Source: Zancudomyces culisetae HAW-14-8 (taxonomy: Eukaryota; Fungi; Kickxellomycota). From it: 64,000 bases of DNA. Below, in pieces: positions 11,201 through 21,270 of this stretch (positions within the stretch are counted from its first letter, which is position 1; each line of letters starts with the position of its first letter). Position numbers and translations under genes: made by a program. Below the pieces are notes generated by a model. The model was given only the letters and a program-made list of their open reading frames with translations, ran no database searches and was not told where the DNA came from. The stretch lies in assembly GCA_052426225.1 (NCBI GenBank), contig JBNJNM010000013.1:496001-560000 (forward strand). The letters run 5' to 3'.

Positions 11201-13544
11201 CATACTCACCCAGCTCTTTGTTTATCTTTTCTATTTCATTCCAATACTTTAGCAACTTTTTTTTTGTGTTTTTATATTCGGGACCTGCAAAAACATTTCT
11301 CAATGCTGGATCACCTCCTTTATCAAGATCACTTGAATTTATTATCCTCCTTAGTAGATTTCTCGAAGTATCGTCCCCGCCATCATTCGATAGCTCATCA
11401 AATCTCCTTAAAATTAATTCCACTGCTTTGGTTACCATACTACTGTTTTTCACATATAATGTATTGATTTGTTTGCTCAAAAATACGTTCTCTGCCTGTA
11501 AACTCCTTAGATTCATTTCATCTTCACTTAGTGTCCCCGAAACATCCACAGAATTCATGTCATAACTATTTTCCTTGTTTTTCTCAAGCTGTACCTTCAA
11601 CTCGCCGTTTTCCGCCTCTAACTCATTTATCTTCTCAGCATGTAATACCTTCAAATCGTTTATCTCAGACTGATGCTTTTCAGTCAACTCCTTCTCTAGC
11701 TGCATCATTTCTTCTCTGCATTTTACCACCTCCTCTCTCAACTCGCCATTCCGCTCTGTTATATCTTCGAGCGATTCCATCAACAACCGGTGGTCCGCTT
11801 CTATGCTAGAAACCTTTTTCTCCAACTCCATTTTTTCCTTCTTGAGTGTCTCCACCTCACTTTTACTTAAATTGAGCATCTTTCGTTCACGTTCCAACTT
11901 TAACTCCTTCCGTTCTTCTTCCCGCTTGATCTGCTTTTCCCACTCCTCCCTTTCAATTCTCCATTCATCTTGCTCTTTACTCCATCTTTCGCGCTCTTGT
12001 AACCCCTCCTTCATATCTGCTTCTAGCTTTTTTACTAGTTGTATCGACTCTTGAAATTCTGAATTGATTTTTTGTATAATATACTCCTGATCTCTATTAA
12101 TCTTGAAATCGCCTTCATAACTTGAGAGAGCTCGTGAGCTGTAACCCTCTTTATCGTTTTTTAGCTCTCCAACCATTTGCATTAAATCCTCCAATTTAAA
12201 ACCCAAACTTCGAAACTCATTCTCAGTGCTTCTATCCTTGCTTTTATCCATATCTAACACGTTCTGAGTTACATATCCACCCTTTACATTTATTCCTTCT
12301 CTTGCTTTTTCGAAATTTGACTCATTGTTTGCCATCCATCTCTTTGGATGCTCACCCCTATTAGATCCTGTTAATGACATGTTTAAACCTTCCTTTTCGC
12401 CCAACTCATTCGGATAAAATCCAAAATCAAACTTCTCCCGAGAATCTTTCGTATCTGGTATTCTGGGATTTGGATCGAGGACAAATGCATTCCTTTCTTT
12501 TCCTGCCGCACTTGTATAATCATTGGCATAGTCGGCACTAAATCCTACTCTATCCCCAATACGCTTTTCCGATTCCTGTTTACTACCAAAATCTCTATTT
12601 TTTTTAAATTCGGGAAGCAACTTGGCATACTCAATTGCCTCTGACGATATAATGCCCCCCGGAAATCCCATAGGACTAGCCATATTTTTGTTTGCTGGTT
12701 CAGGACCTACCCTCTGACTTTTTCTTCTTGTAGTGGTTCCAGATGCAAGTGATTTCGCTCTTTCTAGCCTTATGATCCCGTGGCTTTCTCTATTGTTATA
12801 TTTGCCAAATACCCCATAATCTTTATTCTCGTTTCTTTGTGAAAGTGTAGCTGTACTTCCATAATAATACTCTGGATCTTCACCGATTCTGTTCATGTCC
12901 CGACCCACCAAATACCGATCAAGTGCGCTCTTTGCCCCTGAATCGGTATTTCTCTCCCAGATAGACGGTAGTGCCCCACTCCCTTCGTCCACGCTATTGT
13001 ATCGATTCATTCCCAATTTTGTGAACTGGATTGCTCTGTTTGGCTCTGAATATTCACATTGTGCCGACTGTGATCGCAAAAATCTTCTTTGTTCGTCTTC
13101 CCTTAATGGTTCTCTATATGGATACTTTGCTCTATTATTTTGCAGCAGTGTTTCTCCTAGCATAGCTTGTGACATACTGGGGAATTCCACCATATCTATT
13201 GGTGTGGCGTTTCCCGACTTTGTACCCGATTTTCTTGATCTAGATGGACCTTGGAGTTTTGATCTTTCCGTGTGTACCCTTAGCAGAATACCCTTTGGCT
13301 TATACCCATCCCTTTTACTCTGTGGGTTACTGCTTTTATATGTATCTAGATCTCTTCCGCGTAGAAACCCGGCCGTTCTGCCATTATCTCCGCTTAGGGA
13401 TATCGTATCTCTCTGTGCTGTTATTCCAAAGCTTTCGTCAATTTCGTTCTTTGTGCTGATAAAGGTCTCGTTATTGGTTGCCTCCCTCTCCTTGAGCTCA
13501 CTGTAAATACTTACTACCTCCTCATTCTTTAGTAATTCACTCAT
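8253..13544 (-). CDS. Large coiled-coil protein, possibly a pericentrin/Pcp1/Spc110-like spindle-pole scaffold with a PACT-like C-terminus
   Basis: 1763-aa intronless ORF with a disordered N-terminus and long E/K/R/L heptad regions. The C-terminus has LGILMYKNEFYFYVSKY...SLAIIKKI and a basic helix RAKELWRRAKKVRYMIRIS, loosely like PACT. The CDS is certain; the function is tentative. Confidence 0.5.
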   Translation of the reverse strand: MSELLKNEEVVSIYSELKEREATNNETFISTKNEIDESFGITAQRDTISLSGDNGRTAGFLRGRDLDTYKSSNPQSKRDGYKPKGILLRVHTERSKLQGPSRSRKSGTKSGNATPIDMVEFPSMSQAMLGETLLQNNRAKYPYREPLREDEQRRFLRSQSAQCEYSEPNRAIQFTKLGMNRYNSVDEGSGALPSIWERNTDSGAKSALDRYLVGRDMNRIGEDPEYYYGSTATLSQRNENKDYGVFGKYNNRESHGIIRLERAKSLASGTTTRRKSQRVGPEPANKNMASPMGFPGGIISSEAIEYAKLLPEFKKNRDFGSKQESEKRIGDRVGFSADYANDYTSAAGKERNAFVLDPNPRIPDTKDSREKFDFGFYPNELGEKEGLNMSLTGSNRGEHPKRWMANNESNFEKAREGINVKGGYVTQNVLDMDKSKDRSTENEFRSLGFKLEDLMQMVGELKNDKEGYSSRALSSYEGDFKINRDQEYIIQKINSEFQESIQLVKKLEADMKEGLQERERWSKEQDEWRIEREEWEKQIKREEERKELKLERERKMLNLSKSEVETLKKEKMELEKKVSSIEADHRLLMESLEDITERNGELREEVVKCREEMMQLEKELTEKHQSEINDLKVLHAEKINELEAENGELKVQLEKNKENSYDMNSVDVSGTLSEDEMNLRSLQAENVFLSKQINTLYVKNSSMVTKAVELILRRFDELSNDGGDDTSRNLLRRIINSSDLDKGGDPALRNVFAGPEYKNTKKKLLKYWNEIEKINKELGEYGNGNQNQNENENENEAENENEAENDYWRGVDDLGYVSSTNSQIVPENPNRRSHLLRKYRNIGVEYEQESREQVIEYAKKTEKMIEETERLKASQTTITSMMKRVLYQLAVFKTSIGWINTRSIKVSNRGFGEEPIDLHGENEFQTLSEDEKMLKAMLGQDVEVDLSDFENIASSPLEMEKARVNLISHGQRQDTIENQTDLFDQISNAIYICYNEYKQSKDMLIKAYSDRALLVKRLGRQEHKKLPSWKLGQQIEDNNSLYGPNQSMMPLPLDKPHHDARKALSIKTTPEDLYSNDGDYYRKPKTAFNQQERQGRVRTMTEGRHISSAGFRSSCIPDGYSYSKESQTSSRSIGGVSDFGFAMRNNTSVGTSNSNNNSNNGSASFNNIELVEDMEHELFRVNEMYIRLEKHSKSMEGLLMSMRKMLDDAHLDLGRLRVENEALVRASIQRLNNAMYTNKESSNELSQVDNKNTDTQQAIKETGENLENVHEEDMTLTGGLGMLSVLNLARDARGVNEDFFESVSQLCDHLAMVLAQKNQIYEQSIENEECILQLVNQNNSRIETATSMTSQVVDVLGGLIVKMANSFVNIVRQGVDRRELGLLLTGEKGEGFDADADADADADDGSWDQSGTIVKIRELEKGVEWIHQRGQRVGLVIQEMRKSLHEHSHQDEIVELEFERVVGLVKELEAEINEVVDLFTGARLVDKNHQTKTKVKARAHKQNRAEKSKKRKRKRGVKSVYKHKVLSKQRICKQEDYVDYEIIDSSVQSEIEDVQQLDDEEKVVVTNKNDLEEQMQSMKKVYTTNIKEATEKYNELKRDYEDMVRRAQRNIKYYIQVVEYQQNKLGILMYKNEFYFYVSKYVKEICGGSLAIIKKINENQLLAKEQQISDPFQKKLGLPTVGFQQTRTLATNSNNSGGNSDNGDENENVIVLVDTTSLRAKELWRRAKKVRYMIRISTELKKLMSINQDMKEMKQKIQNLKKK

Positions 13545-14660
13545 TTTTTCGCCTACAGCTTTACCCTTATTATAGTGTAAACTAAATATATTAGATTAAA
13601 CTAGAATTATGAAAACGAGTTCAACCCAAATCCGTTTAAAAAAGAAAAGCTTTTCAACGCACCATTTACACACCTTGAATTACAAAAAAAAAATATCCTG
13701 GTTTAATTTTTTTCTTTATTGCAACAATGGGAACAAATTATTACGCGAAAATGGCCGTTTTTTCCTTTCTCGCTCTTGTGTTTGGTGCAATTTTCGCTTA
13801 CCATTTTTGTTATTGATTCCCAAAGCTTGAAGCTATTTGTGTTTTTGCTGTTTTTTTACCACTGGCTCCATTCTACAACACAATTATCTCATGAAAATAT
13901 ACTCATGCCTTGTTATATTTTCTTTAAGCTCTCGCATGAGACGCTATAGCTTATATGTGGCTGGTAATTTATATTGTCATCTAATTCATTATTAATTGAT
14001 GATTTAGGGTATTTCTTACTTATTTATGTACGTTAGTGGATTCCAAACTATAAATTATCATTCTAAACGTATTTTGGTACCATTCTTTACTGTATATTTT
14101 CCTCCACCCCTATTAGTATATTCAATCTTCAAAGTACACCATCACTTTAGCATAGTTCTAAATCATCATGTTTATCCATTTAATCAGCCATCACTTCCAT
14201 ATGTATATTTCCAAAATAAATCAACAAAAATGATTCACAAATCAATAAAGTAAACTAGTTAGAAAATATTCTGTATTGATAACTGCTCATAATATTATTT
14301 GAATACAAATTCCATATTTTAACAATCCAAGACATCATTTTGCAGATTCTAAATCTTATCTTGGATATTTATTTAAAATTAACTGTATCAACTTGATCTA
14401 CAAAATAATCAATGACAACATCCTTGAACTCTGTATAAATTCTAAAAGAAAAGATATGGGGGGTCCATCCACTTGTAATAATATTTTTGTTTTAATAAGC
14501 ATTTCATTTGATTTAGCTTAATTTAAACCTTTGCCTATATTTGATCATAAAGTAAAACGTAGTACCTAAATTTGTACTAGTAAATAATTAGCACATACGT
14601 ATATCAAATAGTGGTAAAGCGCACATGAAAAAATATTACTCGGTAAAAAAACACAAATAA

Positions 14661-15683
14661 CTAACTATCTAGTGGTGATGATGCACCTCCGGTAACTAGA
14701 GCCTCGATCATGCTATCCCAGAATTTATCTACATCCACACTCAGTGTGACGTAGCAGTTTTTCTCCTCAGTGCTACTATTGCCCCAAATATCGCATACTG
14801 TCTGTCCAACACAAAGACCATTTCCACATTCAACATCCACTCTCATAAGTTTTTCCTTAAAGGCCAACTTGTTTTGCTTGTGTGTTATCGCATAGAATAC
14901 AGCCAAGGGATCATGCAGCGGTGGGCCATCGTGAAAATCGAACACTCTTTCATATGTGTCCCTGAAGAACACCATTAATTCACAGATCATTTGTGCAAAT
15001 GTCTTGTTTTTCTCACCCACCTCTCTGCGGATTCTGTCAATTATATTGTCTGTAACCAAGACTGTGTGTGTAACATCCAAAGGAATCATAGCTACATGCT
15101 GGAAACCTGCCTGCATACATATCTGGGCAGCCTCTGGGTCAATATAAATGTTGAATTCGGCAGTGGCTGACACATTTCCGGGCCCAAATGACGCACCTCC
15201 CATAAATGTAAACATTTCTACCTTTTCTACTACTTCTGGGTACACTGAGACTAATAGTGCAATATTTGTCATTGCGCCTGTAGCTACAAGAACTACTTTT
15301 CTATCTTGCGCCAATATAGTCTGTGCCATTACGTCTATAGCTTTTCTCTCTTGAGCTTTTGCATATAATACTTTGTCACATTTTGGTAGTAGTGAAGTAC
15401 CATCAAGACCGCTTTCTCCATGAATCTCTGGTGAGTTTTGTCTTTTTCTAAGAAGAGGCTTTGATGCACCCATAACAACTGGGATATCGTGCTTCTTGCC
15501 AATGCTTTCAAGTATGCTTATCGCGTTTGCAGTTGTCTTTGCTGCAGTCTGGTTCCCGGAGGCTGTTGAGATACCCAGAAACTTGACATGACTGTTGAAT
15601 GCTGCTAGAATTATAGCCAACGCATCATCGTGACCAGGATCACAATCCAACCACAACAGGATTTGTTCAGTGTTTGAGCTCAT
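14661..15683 (-). CDS. URH1: Inosine-uridine preferring nucleoside hydrolase (uridine nucleosidase)
   Basis: WLDCDPGHDD motif, IHGESGLDG, ATGAMTNIA, GNVSATAEFNIYIDPEAA, PLDVTH, PPLHDPLAV. Confidence 0.95.
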   Translation of the reverse strand: MSSNTEQILLWLDCDPGHDDALAIILAAFNSHVKFLGISTASGNQTAAKTTANAISILESIGKKHDIPVVMGASKPLLRKRQNSPEIHGESGLDGTSLLPKCDKVLYAKAQERKAIDVMAQTILAQDRKVVLVATGAMTNIALLVSVYPEVVEKVEMFTFMGGASFGPGNVSATAEFNIYIDPEAAQICMQAGFQHVAMIPLDVTHTVLVTDNIIDRIRREVGEKNKTFAQMICELMVFFRDTYERVFDFHDGPPLHDPLAVFYAITHKQNKLAFKEKLMRVDVECGNGLCVGQTVCDIWGNSSTEEKNCYVTLSVDVDKFWDSMIEALVTGGASSPLDS

Positions 15684-16646
15684 TTTACTTGCAAGGTGAT
15701 TTTTTGGGTAAGTTTTTTTTGATTTTCTTGAGTTATTCTGCCTTGGAAGGTATAATTTAAAGTGGGATAATGTAGTAAAATGTGTAAAATCTAGGTTTTA
15801 TGGCCTTTTAATATCTGGATTTGCTTTTATTTTAAACAAAAAACGCTCACTTTTAATGTTTCAAAAAAAAAACCCCCCAACAATTGAACCCAATTAAATC
15901 ACAAGCTGATCTAGCTTTACTTTTTTTTTATGAGCTGATCAATGCATGGTTTGTACGTAATTGTAGCTAGCGTGATGATATTTACCTAAAAAAAGGGGGA
16001 GGATGCACCTGAAATTGTTTACCAAATCATAAGAAACTATAACCAACTTGCTAACTTGATATTCACATTACATAAAGTCTGAATAACAGCCCAATATCGT
16101 CCATGTGTTGGAGAAAAAGAAAGGCGTGAAATAAGAATGACAACAACATAAAGCACAGGTTAGCGTGCACATAAACCTCTTGCCTTATCAGGTTCTCGTT
16201 ATTTCCAGTTACAATATTTAGGGACTTAGCATCGTGTTCCTTATAAAGATAAGATAACTTGCTAAAACTCGAAGCGAAATATGGATGGGATGACAATGAC
16301 TGTAGGCTTTATTTACAGGTTGCAATTGACCCAACAAATAAAACATGGCATGTATAATCACTGGAGGGGTGGACTAAGCACGGTTTTTGTACCGAAACCC
16401 ACATTAATCGCCGTTATGTGCACCTGCCTTTATTAACAAAAAACTGATTGTCCTTTAAAGAACCAAAATCCCTGTAGGCAAAAAAAATAAAGGGAAAAAT
16501 AGAAAATAAGAAATAGAAAACGTTTTCAACTCATTGTATGTACCTGACCAATAGAACATTTGTTCCATAAGTGGTGAGAGTCCATTTAGAAATGATGTAT
16601 GGTTTAATCCTCCCCAATCATTATCAGTTTATTTATTTCAAATTTG

Positions 16647-16706
16647 AGCCAATAATCATAATTATCGCAAAAAGATACTTAGCCAATAATCAGCAGCCTC
16701 TATAAA
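16647..16706 (+). promoter_or_regulatory. Tandem CCAAT boxes plus TATA upstream of IFRD
   Basis: AGCCAATAATCA at 16647 and again at 16681, then TATAAA at 16701, about 180 nt upstream of the ATG at 16882. Confidence 0.5.
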
Positions 16707-16881
16707 TATTTAAGAAAATTTTTTTTGCCGATAGCAACTCAAAGTTACGCAGTAATGACAAATACATAGTCCGACAAACTAGACCGAACGATGTGATAAC
16801 AACAAAAATAAAAGACATAAAGAGGTAACATTAAAACCCAAGAGTAATACATACAGAATTGTTTTATCTCTATAACTAAAA

Positions 16882-18948
16882 ATGGCGAGTTCAGGAGGAG
16901 ATTATTTAAAAGCAGCACTTGGAAAGTACTCCAACTCTGGAGGAATAGCAGCACTGGGTAAAGGTGCAAACGATAACGACAGTGATAACGAAGAAAACAG
17001 AGCGAAAACCTCTCCAAAGTCACAACGAGCTGCGTCTTCTAGTAAACAAGGCTCAAAAGCACCAACGCCAGCACCAAGTGGCCGCCGTAGTAGAGGAAAC
17101 AGTAGGGCTCCAAGTAGAATTCAGAGTAGAGCGAACAGTAGGGACAAGAACATGAAAAATATTGAAGAAGGGATGAATAGTTTGGATATTGGGTTTGATG
17201 AAACCATAAGAGAAAGAGTAGGCATGGCAAGCCTTGATACAGAGGAAGGGGATGACTATGATCCTTCTGGGCAATACGCCAGAGCAACAGATCAAATAGG
17301 TCAATTCAGTACAGAGCAGTTGAGTGGAGCAATCGATGCCCTGATAGATAAAATTGCTGAAAAACGTTCATCGTAAGTTATATATCCTTTACACCACTTT
17401 TCTGCCTCATTTTTTTTTGTGCCTTTTTATTGTATATCGATATTTAAACGAGGAAAAGTGTGTCTAACGTTGAAAATTCTTTGCGACACTCTAATACATA
17501 GATCAAAGGAGGCAGGTTTGCAAGGGCTATGTAGCATAATGGCACACAAATACATTGGTGAAAGTCAGGAAGGAAATAAGTTGAGTATTCTCGAAACATT
17601 TAAACGGTCGTTGAAATTCTATAAATCCGATAAAGAGGCTCTTTTGGCTGCAAGAGGTAGGTCTATCATCAAACAACTAAAACTGTGACAATTAACATAG
17701 TGTTTATTTGATATTTTTTTAGGAATCGCCCTATGGTTTCTTCAATTTGGGTTGGATGATGACTCAATGTATCCCGAAGTCTCGGAGTTTTTGGTAAAAA
17801 TGATTTCAGAAACAAGTAATGCTGTATTGAAGGCTCAGGTAATATGTGATTCTTTTTTTAACAATTTATGCTCTTGGTGTATGTGTGATGTTATTTTATA
17901 ACAATAATTTTTATGACTGGGGACATATGAATGCATACAACTATAAAGTATTGTGGGTGTGTTGATAACGATTTATTCGATATTCTATTAAACATAGCTG
18001 GTCCATTCACTAGCATTTTCGACATTTGTCTCTTGTGTAGACACCAGGGATACGATTAATGTATTGAAAATTTGCTCAAAGCAGTTCAGTCACTGGCAAT
18101 CAGGCGAGTTAACTTATGTGTCATTAAGTGCTTATGGTTTACTGTTGGCACAAGTTGCCGATAAAAACATTGAGCTTGCAAAGGAAATATTTGAAGGGTA
18201 ATAGCATCTACTATCATTACTATAGAAGATTTTTAGTAACACGAGAACTTAATACATCAAATAGGGACTACGCTGTACATTTGAATTTGCTGAACTCGGA
18301 AAATGTTGATGTACGCATATCTAGTAGTGAAAATATTGCACTTGGATATGAAATCATTAGATCACAATATGTAAGGCTGGCTAAACTTTACTTTGTGTAT
18401 AATCTGCTTTGATACAATATTTTTTTTTACTATTGTGGTATAACTCGGTGGTATAATGCGATATATTTACTTGATTTATTAATACATCTTAGAAAAAGTC
18501 CAAATTTTACAACCACAAGGATCTTGTGGAAACACTAGAAGAAATGGCCAGAACAAGTACCAAGAAACAAGCAAAAAGAGACAAGACACAGCAGAAGTCT
18601 GCGCTACGACAGGTGGTTTCGTTTATTAGCGAAGGGATCGCTCCAGAAACCAAACTAAACTTTATGAATAAATATGTAGTAATTGATACGTGGAAAAAGA
18701 CATGTTGCTTGAACGCATTTAGATATACATTGACTAGTGGGCTACACACACAGTTTTTGGAGAATCCATTGGTCCAGGAAATTTTCGACACTCCTTTTGA
18801 TACCTCCAACAGCACGTCGCTAGCCAGTGAAAAAATGGTTGTCGATTCTCGATCAGAACTTGCAAAGTCTAGATCCAAAAACAAGAACAAACAGCGTGAC
18901 AACAAGGAACGCTTCATATCCTCAACCTTTGACGACGAAGATCACTAG
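16882..18948 (+). CDS. IFRD: Interferon-related developmental regulator (IFRD) family protein, 6 exons
   Basis: GT-AG joining (exon 1 16882-17372, exon 2 17502-17656, exon 3 from 17723, exon 4 from 17998, and two more) gives a continuous frame. Motifs: AIDALIDKIAEKRSSSKEAGL, DVRISSSENIALGYE, AKRDKTQQKSALRQV, SGLHTQFLENPLVQEIF, RSKNKNKQRDNK. Confidence 0.85.
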
Positions 18949-19438
18949 AGTCGGCGTGTGTGTATTCTAGGTCTTAGTTGTCGCGTTGTCGGTTGTAAAT
19001 GTCGAGTCGCTGATTGTGGAATCTTTTTTTTCCAATCATCTAACCTCCCCTCCTCCCCTACCCATTATTTTTTTATTTAGTTTTTAGTCTTAGTTTAGAG
19101 TATATATATTTTTTTCTTAGCAGCCGGAAAAACACTGGTTGATCATGACAAGAGTATTGGAATACAAGGGATAATATATGCTTAAAGGGGTATTTTCCCA
19201 AGACAGTGGAGAGTCAGTCATGGTATAGTCGTGCTATACACACACTCCCTGCCTATTTAATGAAACGGTTTAAACACAGACAATCGGCTGTCTGCTAGAA
19301 ATTAATGATGAGATATGGATAGTGCAGGCTATGGCATATAAAACAAGGATATTTTATTAAATTTTAGTAAAATAAAATTAAAATAAACACACAAAAAATC
19401 AGGTGGGACAAAGAATATTAACTATCGAACGAAACACT

Positions 19439-20440
19439 TTATGCAGTTTGGGCACCTGGAACCTCAGCTCTTTGACGTGTCTTGTTTGGAACTCCACGGC
19501 GTCTAAAATCGCGTTTTTCGTAACGTCCACCTCTATTTGGTCCTGATTTTTCAGCCATGGTGATTCCTGGAAGGTTTTCAAAGTTGAGTGCCTTAAGCAT
19601 ATCCTATTGTTAAGAGAATCGAAAATGTTATTGTAAGAGTTAGTTATTTTACAAAACATCCAATAGAAGCACAAAGCTATAATACTATCAATAAAACCAT
19701 TTGAAAATCACACATACCTTTGTATCTTGGTCAATCTCAATTGCGCTTACATCCAAAGCAGAGAACTCTGGGACGTAGTTGTCCTTGCGCTCTCTCTCTT
19801 CTTCTTGAAGCTTGAATGAAATACCACGGACTGGACCTCTTTGAATACGGCGCATCAAGTGGGTAGTAAATCCGGCAATCTTGTTTCTCAAACGCTTGGA
19901 TGGGATGAGGGCTACTTCATCACAAATGCGCTTGTTGACTTGAAAGTCTAGTGTAAGTTTTGGGTAGTACTTTTCGATCAAAACCCTTGATGCCTTCTTG
20001 ACTGTCTTTGTTTTTACACGACCCTATTGGATTTAATATTAAAAACTAAGTTTATAACTGAATACTAGCATTTTTCACAAGGTATTTCAACCATGAATAG
20101 TAATAAATTCGTAGGGCCGATTCAAAGTTTTTGGTTGTGTTGTGTTAAAGCATGCTTCAGGCTTTGGTTTAAATACATATTGATGTTATCGAACGTTAGA
20201 GTTGTGTATATACTGCTGCTGATATACGTCTTCATTCCCATCGATTTACAAGCTTCTTAATCTGCTAATTTTTTGCCATTTGAATCCCTTCATTTATTGA
20301 ATCTCAAAGAAATCTGCCATCATACAGGGATAACAAAACCCCACAAGCACTGAAACCAGATTTCGCTTAGCTACTTTCAACTTTATCGGCCCTCAGGTAC
20401 AAACCCTACAATCAACATAAATGCGCTCGTATCTTACCAT
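19439..20440 (-). CDS. RPS17: 40S ribosomal protein S17 (eS17), 3 exons
   Basis: ATG-only exon 20440-20438, intron 20437-20024, exon 20023-19718 ([38 protein letters not shown]...[21 protein letters not shown]), exon 19603-19439 ending in TAA. Confidence 0.97.
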
Positions 20441-21270
20441 TTTTAATCTTTGTCTTTGCTCTCAAGTCTAAACTTTTCGGATATACTTTTAAAGTATTTA
20501 GAAGAACGCAAATATTTAATTATATTTTTGAATCTAGTTAATAACAATATTTCTTCAGTGAGTTTGTCTCGACCAATTAATTTCGAAAAAAAAATTTTGC
20601 TACTAAACTTCAAATTGAACCTTTATTTGAAACTTGACATCACACTAGGAAAAAAAAATCCAAACAGCAAAAATGATAATGGTCGCAAAAATGTCTAGCC
20701 AATTAAAAGGCTAGGCATTTATTTTTTAGCAAAAATGCCAGAGGGATAATGCAAAATACTAGTATCCAATAATTGATTCAATGCTGGATTAAAGTTCAAG
20801 TTAGCTATTAGCACACAATGTTTACATTTTTAATGATGTACTTGATTCCAAAATAACACAATCAAAAAAAAAGGCTAGTCTTGCCTCCTCTCCCATATTA
20901 ATTTCCGATTCTAATCAGGTCATACCAGCTTTGTTTGGCTGCGCTTGCCCAGTAACCCCAAAACTGATAGTTTTTTTTTAATTTAAATTAATGCTTTAAT
21001 TTCTTGTAGGAATCGGAAATATAATTAAAGGTTGAAAATAGGTTGTAGCAGCGCCTACAGCATTTAGCTATCCAAATTCGTACTGTAGAAAGTAGGATTT
21101 GAAATCTTAGAAGAACTAGTAAACATATTTGATAAACGGTCAGGCCTAATTCATAACCCATTCAAGAATAACACCAGTGTAGAAAACGTAGCCTAATATA
21201 AAGCAATAAGACTTTTCGGTGCGTTTTGTCATTAAAACATTACGCATAATTTGATCAAAGAAGCAATAGC

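Noticed and set aside
16063-16296. 77-aa minus-strand ORF with intron-like signals upstream of URH1
   Set aside because: Non-ATG start, no recognisable domain and a weak donor site; it cannot be supported as a gene.
17382-17390. ATATCCTTT, a U12-type 5' splice-site consensus, in IFRD intron 1
   Set aside because: Using it would put an in-frame TAA into the exon. The upstream GTAAGT donor gives a clean frame, and no U12 branch point was seen.
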